64,000 nucleotides of DNA, from contig JABWCG010000001.1 in NCBI GenBank assembly GCA_013359225.1, forward strand, positions 6,410 through 70,409. Direction: 5' to 3'. This document shows, piece by piece, positions 55,659 through 64,000 of this stretch (the stretch's first letter is position 1; every line of letters begins with the position of its first letter). This DNA comes from Candidatus Buchananbacteria bacterium. Its GTDB lineage: Bacteria; Patescibacteriota; Patescibacteriia; Buchananbacterales; UBA6539. Under the pieces are notes generated by a model. It was not told the origin of the DNA. It searched no databases and saw only the letters and a list, made by a program, of their open reading frames with translations. A program made the position numbers and the translations under genes.

Positions 55659-56156
55659 ATGGTTAAACTAAAATATTTTAGTGTCGGAGTTACAGCTCTT
55701 GCACTAATTGCGCTTGTTGGCGCCGGATGTACCCCAAAGGGAACAACTTTAAACAGCAATACTAATAGCAACACTAATGCTGCTGTCAATGCCGAAACCG
55801 ACGACAACGCCAATGCTAATACCGCTCTACAGGGCGGCAGTAAAACCATGCAGGGCGATGTCAAAGAATTTACCATGACTTCATTTTATGAAATTGTTGA
55901 CGGTCAGCCAAAACCACAATTTTCAATTAAAGAGATCGCCGTTAAAAAAGGCGACAAGGTCAGAATTAAAGTTATCAACACCAAAGGTAATCATGATTTC
56001 AACCTTGATGAATTTGGTATTAGCGAACAGACCCCTTTGGATCAAGAAGTGGTTATTGAATTTACCGCTGATAAAGCAGGGGAGTTCCAGTATTACTGCA
56101 GCAAACCGGGCCACCGAGAAGCTGGCCACTGGGGAACCCTTAAGGTGACTGAGTAA
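55659..56156 (+). CDS. Lipoprotein with a cupredoxin-like (type-1 copper) domain
   Basis: A lipobox LVGAGC is present, and the C-terminus YYCSKPGHREAGHWG resembles the cupredoxin Cys/His ligand region. Confidence 0.5.
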   Translation: MVKLKYFSVGVTALALIALVGAGCTPKGTTLNSNTNSNTNAAVNAETDDNANANTALQGGSKTMQGDVKEFTMTSFYEIVDGQPKPQFSIKEIAVKKGDKVRIKVINTKGNHDFNLDEFGISEQTPLDQEVVIEFTADKAGEFQYYCSKPGHREAGHWGTLKVTE

Positions 56157-56216
56157 AGAAAAAAGAATTGATATCAAAAAATCGCCTCAGGGGCGATTTT
56201 TTGATATAATAAACGT

Positions 56217-56600
56217 ATGAAAAAACTCCTTATTGCCATCCTGATTTTGTTACTGCTATTGGTGGTTTTGGTGTTTGGCGCCGGGCTGTACTTTTATTTT
56301 AAGTTTAAGCCATTTTTTATTGATGTCAGCCCGACCAATGTCCAATTGGAGGCGCAAACCGCTGAGACAGAGAAAAATTATGCCACTACTACTGACAAGA
56401 ATCCTTTGTTAAATGAACAGCAAGAACAGGCCCTAGAGCAGGTTGGTGTTGATCCGGCTAAATTGCCAACCCAAATTACACCCGAGCTGGAGGCGTGTTT
56501 TGCCGCCACTTTGGGTGCCGATCGGGTTTCGGCAATTAAATCAGGCGAATCGCCGACAATCATTGATTTTTTTAAAGCCCAGTCTTGTATAAATAAATAA
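56217..56600 (+). CDS. Small membrane-anchored hypothetical protein
   Basis: It has an N-terminal transmembrane segment and an ORF of 127 aa. Confidence 0.4.
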   Translation: MKKLLIAILILLLLLVVLVFGAGLYFYFKFKPFFIDVSPTNVQLEAQTAETEKNYATTTDKNPLLNEQQEQALEQVGVDPAKLPTQITPELEACFAATLGADRVSAIKSGESPTIIDFFKAQSCINK

Positions 56601-56607
56601 AATATTT

Positions 56608-57351
56608 ATGTCAAAGAAAAAAAACATACCCGTTGAACTGCCGGCCAATAATAAAGGGGTGCTCAACCTGCCATCCGTTGAACTGCCTATTAAACCGCTG
56701 ACCGTAGAAGAAGTTAATCGGGATATGCGGCGAAGGATTTCTAATATTAAAAAAGAATTCACGGTTGGTTTTGATTTTATTAAAACTCATCCTAAGTCGG
56801 TGACGTTTTTTGGTTCAGCGCGCCTGAAGCCGGCCGATCCGTACTACCAAAAAGCTGTTAGCTTGGCTAAACGATTAGCTAAAGAAGGGTATGCGGTTGT
56901 CACTGGTGGCGGTCCGGGTGTGATGGAAGCGGCAAACCTTGGAGCCCTAAAAGGCAAAGGAGACTCATTGGGTTTAACGATCAGACTGCCCAAAGAGCAG
57001 GTAACTAACCCGTATGTCTCTGATTTCAGAGAGTTCCACTATTTTTTTACTCGTAAAGTGTGCCTGACCTTTTCGGCAGAGGCCTATATTTATTTTCCGG
57101 GCGGCTATGGCACGCTAGACGAATTTTTTGAAATTTTAACTTTGGTTCAAACTAATAAAATTGAACGTGTTCCGATTGTTTTGGTCGGCCGTAAATTTTG
57201 GCGGCCAATGCATTCATTTCTTAACAACTATGTGTACCAGCGGTTTAAGGCCATTGATAAAGAAGACATGAAGTTATACTACATGCTCGACGATGAAGAA
57301 CAGATTGTTGAGATTATTAAACGCTCCCCGGTTCGTCAGATTGATCGTTAG
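56608..57351 (+). CDS. LOG family protein (cytokinin-riboside 5-prime-monophosphate phosphoribohydrolase-like, Rossmann fold)
   Basis: The motifs VTGGGPGVMEA and PGGYGTLDEFFE are LOG/TIGR00730 signatures. Confidence 0.7.
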   Translation: MSKKKNIPVELPANNKGVLNLPSVELPIKPLTVEEVNRDMRRRISNIKKEFTVGFDFIKTHPKSVTFFGSARLKPADPYYQKAVSLAKRLAKEGYAVVTGGGPGVMEAANLGALKGKGDSLGLTIRLPKEQVTNPYVSDFREFHYFFTRKVCLTFSAEAYIYFPGGYGTLDEFFEILTLVQTNKIERVPIVLVGRKFWRPMHSFLNNYVYQRFKAIDKEDMKLYYMLDDEEQIVEIIKRSPVRQIDR

Positions 57352-57357
57352 GAAACG

Positions 57358-57933
57358 TTACCAGGGCATTGTTAAATTGATGGCAGTTTTTTCAATTGTT
57401 TCCCAATTACTGGTGTCAATTGGAACCTGAGTTACCTCATTAAAAAATTTGTATCTGAGAAATTTATTTTGTAAAGCAAATTCGTACAGCTCTTTAGTGA
57501 TTTTAACGTCTTGCTGGCAATAGGTGCGAATTTTTTCTAATTCTCCCTGGCGATACCAGATGACAGCGTCAATGCCTTTACCTCCCTTGTTGATTCCCAG
57601 CGTCCCAGCGGCGACAGCGTCAAGCGGCAGCCTCTTGCCGACTGATTTTTTGATCTCTTGCATCAAGTCAACGCTTTTAATTTTAGTTAAGTCGCCCGGG
57701 TAGTATTTGTTTAATAGGGGAATGTCAAAATAATCGGAATTATAGCCGACGATTGAATCAGTATGTTCCAAGATATTCCACAGCTTATTAAATTCTTCTG
57801 GCTGGAAACTTACATAGTCATTAAGTTGGGAGTCATAAATAACCAGCAAAGAAATATCCAAAGCAGCCGGGTCTGAACTGCCGACTTCTTGAAACGTATT
57901 TTTGGTTTCGATGTCAAGAAATACTGTACGCAT
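57358..57933 (-). CDS. Predicted 3-prime to 5-prime exonuclease (RNase H-like, PolB-exonuclease-related)
   Basis: The FLDIET (Exo I), YNSDYFDIP (Exo II) and YCQQDV (Exo III) motifs are present. Confidence 0.55.
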   Translation of the reverse strand: MRTVFLDIETKNTFQEVGSSDPAALDISLLVIYDSQLNDYVSFQPEEFNKLWNILEHTDSIVGYNSDYFDIPLLNKYYPGDLTKIKSVDLMQEIKKSVGKRLPLDAVAAGTLGINKGGKGIDAVIWYRQGELEKIRTYCQQDVKITKELYEFALQNKFLRYKFFNEVTQVPIDTSNWETIEKTAINLTMPW

Positions 57934-58114
57934 GATTTTACCATTATAGCAGGTCGCTTCAACAAGTCCAAAAAAATTTGTCTGCTATCAAATTTTTTGA
58001 TAATATAAGGGTATTCTTGACATTTTCCGTGACAAAGATTTCAAGATTGTGTATAATGTAGGTGATAGCAAATGACTAAAATTAGCTATTTTAATTATTA
58101 ATAAACTAATTTTT

Positions 58115-58396
58115 ATGGCAAAAATGACCAAATCTCAGATCATGGCTAGCCTTGCCGAGAAGTCTGGATTAAGCAAGAAGGACGTCAATGCCTTGGTGGA
58201 AGCCATGGTTGAAATGGCCTACAAAGAGGTCAAGTCCAGTGGTGAATTCACCATTCCTGGCATTGGCAAGTTGGTTAAGGTTAACCGCAAGGCCCGCATC
58301 GGCCGCAACCCGGCTACTGGCGAAGAAATCAAAATCCCAGCCAAGACGGTTGTTAAGTTCCGAGTTGCCAAGGCTGCTAAAGATGCCGTTTTGTAA
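58115..58396 (+). CDS. hup: DNA-binding protein HU
   Basis: The motifs FTIPGIGK and RNPATGEEIKIPA are present and the protein is 93 aa. Confidence 0.9.
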   Translation: MAKMTKSQIMASLAEKSGLSKKDVNALVEAMVEMAYKEVKSSGEFTIPGIGKLVKVNRKARIGRNPATGEEIKIPAKTVVKFRVAKAAKDAVL

Positions 58397-58413
58397 ACTC
58401 TAGTTTGTTTTCA

Positions 58414-58441
58414 AAAGAGCCCCTTTTCAGGGGCTCTTTTA
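58414..58441 (+). terminator. Intrinsic terminator after the HU gene
   Basis: The stem AAGAGCCCC/GGGGCTCTT is followed by TTTT. Confidence 0.65.
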
Positions 58442-58498
58442 TTTGGTTAAATCCCTAATTTTTGGTAAAATAAATAGGTAAACTAACTTAATACTTGT

Positions 58499-58840
58499 AT
58501 GACATTATTAATCAATTGGTTGATACTTACTCTTGCGATCATCATCACGGCGTATCTGTTGCCGGGCGTGACAGTTAGCGGGGTTGCTGCCGCGCTGGTC
58601 GCCGCGCTGGTTTTAGGAATAATTAACACATTAATCAAACCGGTTTTGATTATTTTAACTTTGCCGATCAACATTTTAACGCTAGGGTTGTTTACTTTAG
58701 TGATTAACGCCGGTTTAGTGATGCTCACGGCGGCGATTGTTGAGGGGTTTAGTATGACTAATTTTTGGTGGGCGTTATTATTTGGCTTGGTGTTATCAAT
58801 TATCAACTCGGTTCTCAGCCAGTTGAAGCAGGAGGAATAA
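58499..58840 (+). CDS. Four-transmembrane holin-family-like membrane protein (Phage_holin_4_2-like)
   Basis: The pattern ITAYLLPGV...LGIINTLIKPVLIILTLPINILTLGLFTLVINAG matches that family by eye. Confidence 0.45.
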   Translation: MTLLINWLILTLAIIITAYLLPGVTVSGVAAALVAALVLGIINTLIKPVLIILTLPINILTLGLFTLVINAGLVMLTAAIVEGFSMTNFWWALLFGLVLSIINSVLSQLKQEE

Positions 58841-58842
58841 AT

Positions 58843-59325
58843 ATGATTTATTTAGGCGCCGACCATGCCGGCTTCCAATTAAAGGAAGCGGTAAAAAAAT
58901 ATCTTGATGCCACTGGCCGGGCGTATCAAGACCTTGGAAATTTCCAGTATCATCAGGATGATGACTATCCGGATTTTAGCTATTTAGTGGCTAACAAAGT
59001 TTCCAAGTCTTCCAAGGCTCGGGGAATTTTATTTTGCGGTTCTTCGCAGGGGGCATGTATTACCGCTAATAAAGTTAAAGGCGTTAGGGCTGCGTCAGTT
59101 CGTAATGTTGCTGAAGCCGTATTGGCTCGCGAACATGATGACGTTAATATCATTTGTTTGGCCGGTGGCCGTCAAGTCCAAAAAAAATTTAAGAAGGTTG
59201 GTGTACCGGTAGCTGAGGCAAAAAAAATTATCAAAGCCTATTTAGCGACTGTTTTTTCTTCGGCACCGCGCCATCGCCGGCGAGTGAATAAGATCAAAAG
59301 AATTGAGAAGCAAAATTTTCGTTAA
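58843..59325 (+). CDS. rpiB: Ribose-5-phosphate isomerase B (RpiB/LacAB family) with a basic C-terminal tail
   Basis: The ORF was trimmed to the ATG after GGAGGAATAA; the N-terminus MIYLGADHAGFQLKE matches RpiB. Confidence 0.75.
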   Translation: MIYLGADHAGFQLKEAVKKYLDATGRAYQDLGNFQYHQDDDYPDFSYLVANKVSKSSKARGILFCGSSQGACITANKVKGVRAASVRNVAEAVLAREHDDVNIICLAGGRQVQKKFKKVGVPVAEAKKIIKAYLATVFSSAPRHRRRVNKIKRIEKQNFR

Positions 59326-59328
59326 AAT

Positions 59329-59961
59329 ATGAAGCCGCATATTATTCCAGCAATTTTGACGTCTGATCTGTCAGATTTAAAACAGACGTTGGCGGGTCTT
59401 CGCGGTTTAACTGATTGGGTGTCAATTGACATAGCCGACGGTATTTTTGTTGATTCAACTACTTTGACAGTCAACGATCTTGAAGCAGTAGATATCCCGT
59501 ACAAATTAGAACTGCATTTAATGGTCAATAATCCGGAAAGTTATTTTTTGCATTGCAGTAGGGTTGGAGCCAAAAGAGTTTTTTTTCACATTGAAGTGTT
59601 GGCTGATGTGGCCTCAGCGATTGCAGAAGCTAAGTCGTATAAGTTTGAAGCCGGTCTGGCGCTGTGTCCCGATACCGACTTAAAATTATTAGCGCCCTTT
59701 GTTGACGACATTCATTCGGTGTTATTGATGGGAGTTAATCCGGGCACCCAGGGCCAGGATTTTATTCCTGCAACTCTGGACAGGATTAAACAATTAAAGA
59801 CTAATTATCCGCAGATCAAGGTGTCAGTTGACGGCGGACTTAACCCCATGACTATTAGTCAGGCGGCTGCCGCCGGTGCTGATACGCTGGTGGTTGGTAG
59901 TGCTATTGTTAAACAGTCCGACTTTAAACAGGCCTTTGAATATTTAAAAACAAAAATATAA
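59329..59961 (+). CDS. rpe: Ribulose-phosphate 3-epimerase
   Basis: The motif WVSIDIADGIFV corresponds to the DxMDGxFV signature of a TIM-barrel epimerase. Confidence 0.7.
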   Translation: MKPHIIPAILTSDLSDLKQTLAGLRGLTDWVSIDIADGIFVDSTTLTVNDLEAVDIPYKLELHLMVNNPESYFLHCSRVGAKRVFFHIEVLADVASAIAEAKSYKFEAGLALCPDTDLKLLAPFVDDIHSVLLMGVNPGTQGQDFIPATLDRIKQLKTNYPQIKVSVDGGLNPMTISQAAAAGADTLVVGSAIVKQSDFKQAFEYLKTKI

Positions 59962-61799
59962 TGAATAAACTTGTCTTAGAAAAATTAGCAAAACAAGTCA
60001 GACATTCAATTTTAATTTCCACCACGCACGCCGGATCGGGCCATCCGAGCTCTTCGCTTTCCGCCGCCGACCTAATGACGGTGTTGTATTTTGGCGGTTT
60101 TTTAAAGTATGATCTTGCAAATCCGCAATACCACAACAATGATCGGGTGATTTTTTCTAAAGGTCATGCGGCGCCGTTACTGTATGCGTTGTACGCGGCA
60201 GCTGGCAAAGTTACGACTCAGGAATTAAAAACCCTGCGTCGCTTTAATAGTCGGCTTGAAGGTCACCCCACATCGGCATTCCCGTACTCTGAAGCGGCGA
60301 CCGGCTCATTGGGGCAGGGGTTATCAATCGGTGTTGGTATGGCGTTGAACGCTAAAATAGACAGGCTGTCGTATAAAACGTACGTGTTATTGGGGGATAG
60401 TGAAATGGCGGAAGGGTCGGTTTGGGAAGCAATTCAACTGGCGGCATACTATAAACTAGATAATCTGATTGGTATTATTGATGTAAACCGTTTAGGCCAG
60501 CGCGGCCAAACAATGTATGGCCATAACGTTTCGGCGTTTGCCAATCGCGTAAGCAGTTTTGGTTGGCAGGTAATTACTGTTGACGGACATTCGGTGGCAG
60601 AGATTGCTAAAGCGTATCAGCGCGCCGCTAAAGCCAAAAATCGTCCAGTGATGATTATCGCCAAAACGATTAAGGGTAAAGGCGTTCGGCTGATTGAAAA
60701 TAAAAATGGTTGGCACGGTAAAACATTGAGCGTTGATGAATTACAACAGGCACTGCTTGAACTGGGGACGGTTGACTTTAAGCTTCGTGGCAAGATCAGC
60801 CTGCCTAAAAGGGTAAATCTAAGAAGTAAAACGATCAAACCAAAATTGATTATTGAAGAATATCATCGTCCATTAGCAACACGTAAAGCATACGGCCATG
60901 CCCTGGTAAAACTATATCCGAAATTTCCGCAATTGGTGGTGCTTGATGCCGAAGTGAGCAATTCAACATATGCCCAAACTTTCAAAGAAGCGTATCCGGA
61001 TCGGTTTTTTGAAATGTTTATTGCTGAACAAAATATGGTCGGTGTCGCCGTGGGGTTGGCGGCGCGGGGAAAAATTCCTTTCATTTCAACCTTTGCTGCA
61101 TTTTTTACCAGGGCGTTTGATCAAATCAGAATGGCACAATACTCGGGCGCTGGGTCGCACATAAATTTTGTCGGTTCTCATGCGGGGACTTCCATCGGTG
61201 AAGACGGTTCTTCACAAATGGGCTTGGAAGATATTTCTATGTTTCGTTCGGTATTAGATAGCATTGTGTTATATCCGTGCGATCATGTATCCGACGAAAA
61301 ATTAGTTGAAGCGGCAATTAAACATCCGGGCATCTGCTATGTTAGAACGACGCGCTCTGATTTAGCGAATATCTATCCAAGTTCAGAAAAGTTTGAAGTT
61401 GGCGGTAGTAAGACTGTTAGGCATTCATCGCACGATCAATTGACAGTGGTTGCTGCCGGCATTACCCTGCATGAAGCGTTGGCGGCGTATGAGGAGTTGA
61501 GGCGGGAAAATATTACTATTCGGGTGGTTGATGTTTATAGTGTGAAGCCAATTGATGTTGTAACCTTAAAAAAATGCGCCCGTGAAACGTCGGCCATTAT
61601 TGTGGTTGAAGACCATTTTGAGCAAGGGGGGATCGGTGAAGCGGTTCGAACTGCTCTGCAGGATGTTAAGGTAATTATTCATTCACTGGCAGTTCGTAAA
61701 ATGCCAAAAAGCGGCCGGCCTGAGCAGTTGTTGTCGTATGAGGAAATTGATCGTAAAGCTATTATTAAAAAAGTAAAGCAGATTATTGGCCGACAGTAA
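59961..61799 (+). CDS. tkt: Transketolase (full-length, single chain)
   Basis: The thiamine-diphosphate-binding motifs HAGSGHPSSSLSAADL and GDSEMAEGSVWEA are present, along with the C-terminal pyrimidine-binding and C-terminal domains. Confidence 0.85.
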   Translation: MNKLVLEKLAKQVRHSILISTTHAGSGHPSSSLSAADLMTVLYFGGFLKYDLANPQYHNNDRVIFSKGHAAPLLYALYAAAGKVTTQELKTLRRFNSRLEGHPTSAFPYSEAATGSLGQGLSIGVGMALNAKIDRLSYKTYVLLGDSEMAEGSVWEAIQLAAYYKLDNLIGIIDVNRLGQRGQTMYGHNVSAFANRVSSFGWQVITVDGHSVAEIAKAYQRAAKAKNRPVMIIAKTIKGKGVRLIENKNGWHGKTLSVDELQQALLELGTVDFKLRGKISLPKRVNLRSKTIKPKLIIEEYHRPLATRKAYGHALVKLYPKFPQLVVLDAEVSNSTYAQTFKEAYPDRFFEMFIAEQNMVGVAVGLAARGKIPFISTFAAFFTRAFDQIRMAQYSGAGSHINFVGSHAGTSIGEDGSSQMGLEDISMFRSVLDSIVLYPCDHVSDEKLVEAAIKHPGICYVRTTRSDLANIYPSSEKFEVGGSKTVRHSSHDQLTVVAAGITLHEALAAYEELRRENITIRVVDVYSVKPIDVVTLKKCARETSAIIVVEDHFEQGGIGEAVRTALQDVKVIIHSLAVRKMPKSGRPEQLLSYEEIDRKAIIKKVKQIIGRQ

Positions 61800-62371
61800 T
61801 GAAAAGAGATATTGTATTAGCCGGTCGGGAGATTAGGTACACGCACCATAAGACCAGGCGGGCTAAAAGATTGATTATTACAGTGCGTCATGATGCTAGC
61901 GTATTGGTGACCACGCCGAGGTATTACCCTTTGAAATTTGTTGAGCAGTCTCTTCATGAGAAAAGCGGCTGGATTATGCGGCAGGTTGAACACTTTAAAC
62001 AACTGCCTAAGTCAGTATTACATTCGGTTGATTTGAGTGAGTACCGACAGTACCGGCGAGCAGCCAAGGATTTAGTGGAACAGTTGGTTAAGCAGTTTAA
62101 TCAATTATATAATTTTTCTTTTAATAAAATTTCAGTCAGGCGTCAGACCACACGGTGGGCAAGTTGTTCGGCAAAAGGTAATTTGAATTTTAATTATAAA
62201 ATTATTTTTTTGCCGACATCGTTGGCGGAATATATCGTTGTCCACGAGCTGTGCCATTTGCAGGAAATGAACCACTCCCAGAAATTTTGGCGCCTAGTGG
62301 CTTTCGGCATTCCTGATTATCGGTCTCGGCGTCAACAACTAAGAAATATTAATACATTTTCGTCGCAGTAA
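61799..62371 (+). CDS. YgjP-like (DUF45/WLM-type) zinc metallohydrolase
   Basis: The motif HELCHLQEMNHS is an HExxH...H signature at the expected C-terminal location. Confidence 0.6.
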   Translation: MKRDIVLAGREIRYTHHKTRRAKRLIITVRHDASVLVTTPRYYPLKFVEQSLHEKSGWIMRQVEHFKQLPKSVLHSVDLSEYRQYRRAAKDLVEQLVKQFNQLYNFSFNKISVRRQTTRWASCSAKGNLNFNYKIIFLPTSLAEYIVVHELCHLQEMNHSQKFWRLVAFGIPDYRSRRQQLRNINTFSSQ

Positions 62372-62376
62372 GCTTT

Positions 62377-64000
62377 ATGCAGATAAAAATCAAATTTCTT
62401 ATTATCTTTCTGCTGTTTTTTTGCTGGTTAACTCCCGCTGCCGCTGAAACCATTCAGGATTTTTCGGTTGGTATTGGTATCAATCAAGATGCCACCTTTG
62501 ATGTTCGGGAAGAAATTTTTTATGATTTTGGAACGGAGGTTCGTCACGGTATCTATCGGGATATTCCTGTAAAATATCAGACTGCCCAGGGCAATAAAAG
62601 CATTAAAGTCTCTAACATTAGCGTGACAGACAGCGCTGGTAATCTGTATCAATTTACAACTTCGAGAGTGGGGGATTACTTACGAATAAAAATTGGCGAC
62701 CCTGATGCGACGGTGAGTGGCGAACACATGTATGTTGTTGGCTATCGGGTTAGCCGGGCGATAAATTATTTTCAAGATCATGACGAATTGTACTGGAATG
62801 TTACTGGAAATAATTGGACAGTGCCGATCAATCAAGTTAAGGCTATAGTAATTTTGCAAGCCGACGCTTTGAAAGATTTGCGCCTTGCTTGTTTTAGCGG
62901 CGCCTATGGCTCAACTCAGCCTTGTCGCACGGCTGAACTGGCATCTAATGCCAATCGCGCCAGTTTTTCCGACTCCGGTTTTGCCGCCGGTGATGGCTTG
63001 ACGGTTGTTGTCGGTTTTCCTAAAGACGTTGTGGTTGAGCCGGCATGGTGGCAAAATGCTCTTGTGGTCGTTTATGATAATTTGATTTTACTTCTGCCGG
63101 TTATTGTTTTAGCGGCATTGTATTTGCTGTGGCGGCGATACGGCAAAGATCCAAAGGGCCAGGGGACGATTATCACCCAGTTTGATGCGCCCAAAGATCT
63201 TAGTCCGGCACAAGTCGGACTGATTATTGACGAGAATGTTCGTCAGCGCGATATCTCTTCGGAAATCGTTTACCTGGCAACCAAGGGGTATCTGAAAATC
63301 CACTATTTGGACGACTTGAATTTTTTTGATCGCTTTAGCAAAGCAGATAACTATGTGATTGAAAAAATAAAAACGGGTGATGACTTGCCGAATGATTTTC
63401 AACGTCTGCTAATGACTAAATTATTCAATGATGATTTTGTAAAAACGCATGAAGTTAATGGCAAAAAGATTGCCGGAGTCCGTCTAAATGCATTACAAGA
63501 AAAGTTTTATAAAGACTATAAAGACATCAGTAAAGCGGTGTATCAATCAATGATTAGTAAAGGGTACTTTGCCGGAAATCCTCAGACTATCAAAGGTATT
63601 TATATTTTTTTGGGTGGGCTAGTTGTTTTTTCAATCTTTTTTTTGGGTGGGCTGCTAAATCCGTTATGGATAATGAGCGTGGCGATTTCCGGTGTGATGA
63701 TTATTTGTTTTGGTTTTATTATGCCCCAGAAAACTAAAGCGGGAGTTTTGTTGAAAGAGCATGTCCTTGGTCTGAAAAATTATCTAAAGGTCGCGGAAAA
63801 AGACCGATTAGCGTTTCATAATGCGCCGGAGAAAAAACCGGAAATATTTGAACGGTTGCTGCCGTACGCCATGGTGCTTGGTGTTGAAACCGCTTGGGCG
63901 GCGCAGTTTGCCGGTATTTATAATCAACAACCTTCGTGGTATTCCGCGCCGGCGTCTCGCCACCTTAATGCCATGATTCTGGCCGATTCACTTGACGGTT
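62377..64000 (+). CDS. DUF2207-like membrane protein, 3-prime end truncated by the window
   Basis: There is a signal peptide and a beta-rich N-terminal domain followed by transmembrane segments; there is no stop codon before the end of the window. Confidence 0.5.
   Translation, partial: MQIKIKFLIIFLLFFCWLTPAAAETIQDFSVGIGINQDATFDVREEIFYDFGTEVRHGIYRDIPVKYQTAQGNKSIKVSNISVTDSAGNLYQFTTSRVGDYLRIKIGDPDATVSGEHMYVVGYRVSRAINYFQDHDELYWNVTGNNWTVPINQVKAIVILQADALKDLRLACFSGAYGSTQPCRTAELASNANRASFSDSGFAAGDGLTVVVGFPKDVVVEPAWWQNALVVVYDNLILLLPVIVLAALYLLWRRYGKDPKGQGTIITQFDAPKDLSPAQVGLIIDENVRQRDISSEIVYLATKGYLKIHYLDDLNFFDRFSKADNYVIEKIKTGDDLPNDFQRLLMTKLFNDDFVKTHEVNGKKIAGVRLNALQEKFYKDYKDISKAVYQSMISKGYFAGNPQTIKGIYIFLGGLVVFSIFFLGGLLNPLWIMSVAISGVMIICFGFIMPQKTKAGVLLKEHVLGLKNYLKVAEKDRLAFHNAPEKKPEIFERLLPYAMVLGVETAWAAQFAGIYNQQPSWYSAPASRHLNAMILADSLDG

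Overview
The window is a low-GC (roughly 40-45%), gene-dense segment with almost all genes on the + strand. Gene content and order suggest a Candidate Phyla Radiation (Patescibacteria-like) bacterium. This is an inference from the ribosomal cluster lacking L30, several zinc-ribbon (Cys-containing) ribosomal proteins, extended ribosomal proteins, and many membrane-anchored hypothetical proteins. All coordinates not anchored to ORFs are approximate (within 1-3 nt), and no database search or RNA-family scan could be run, so every homology call below is by eye.

In order along the window:
- an aromatic amino acid module: a prephenate-dehydratase-like paralog, a prephenate dehydrogenase / prephenate dehydratase fusion, and a small ACT-like ORF
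- a promoter- and terminator-bounded ~255-nt unit that may be a small RNA
- tRNA-Pro, a nitroreductase, rpmB (- strand) and an M50 protease
- the str operon (rpsL, rpsG, fusA, an orphan ORF, tuf)
- a complete S10-spc ribosomal cluster (rpsJ through rplO, with no rpmD) followed by secY, a small ORF, adk and map, then ruvX and recO with none of the usual genes that follow map
- a GC-rich insert carrying a single-polypeptide aspartate transcarbamoylase catalytic plus regulatory fusion
- aspS, scpA, a MATE efflux gene, scpB, a DD-carboxypeptidase, tpiA, a TPR protein
- tRNA-Thr, tRNA-Tyr, tRNA-Thr, rpmG, a GIY-YIG protein and tRNA-Trp, followed by an AT-rich and inverted-repeat segment with a second GC-rich orphan ORF
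- a cluster of membrane-anchored proteins that includes a Memo-like / CapA-like fusion
- a MarR regulator with a MATE pump, a CrtC/AttH-like protein, and a 996-aa secreted protein built from five roughly 156-aa tandem repeats
- an NhaP-type antiporter, an HhH-GPD glycosylase, a hydrolase, a methyltransferase and a Cys-rich secreted protein
- an HxlR regulator divergent from a cupredoxin lipoprotein, with perfect palindromic operators between them
- a LOG-family protein, an exonuclease (- strand), HU, a holin-family protein, rpiB, rpe, tkt, a YgjP-like protein and a partial DUF2207 protein

Three GC-rich patches (about 1-780, 23560-26450 and 36590-37340) stand out against the AT-rich background. 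They are the most striking signal in the window and may be foreign DNA or an assembly artefact.
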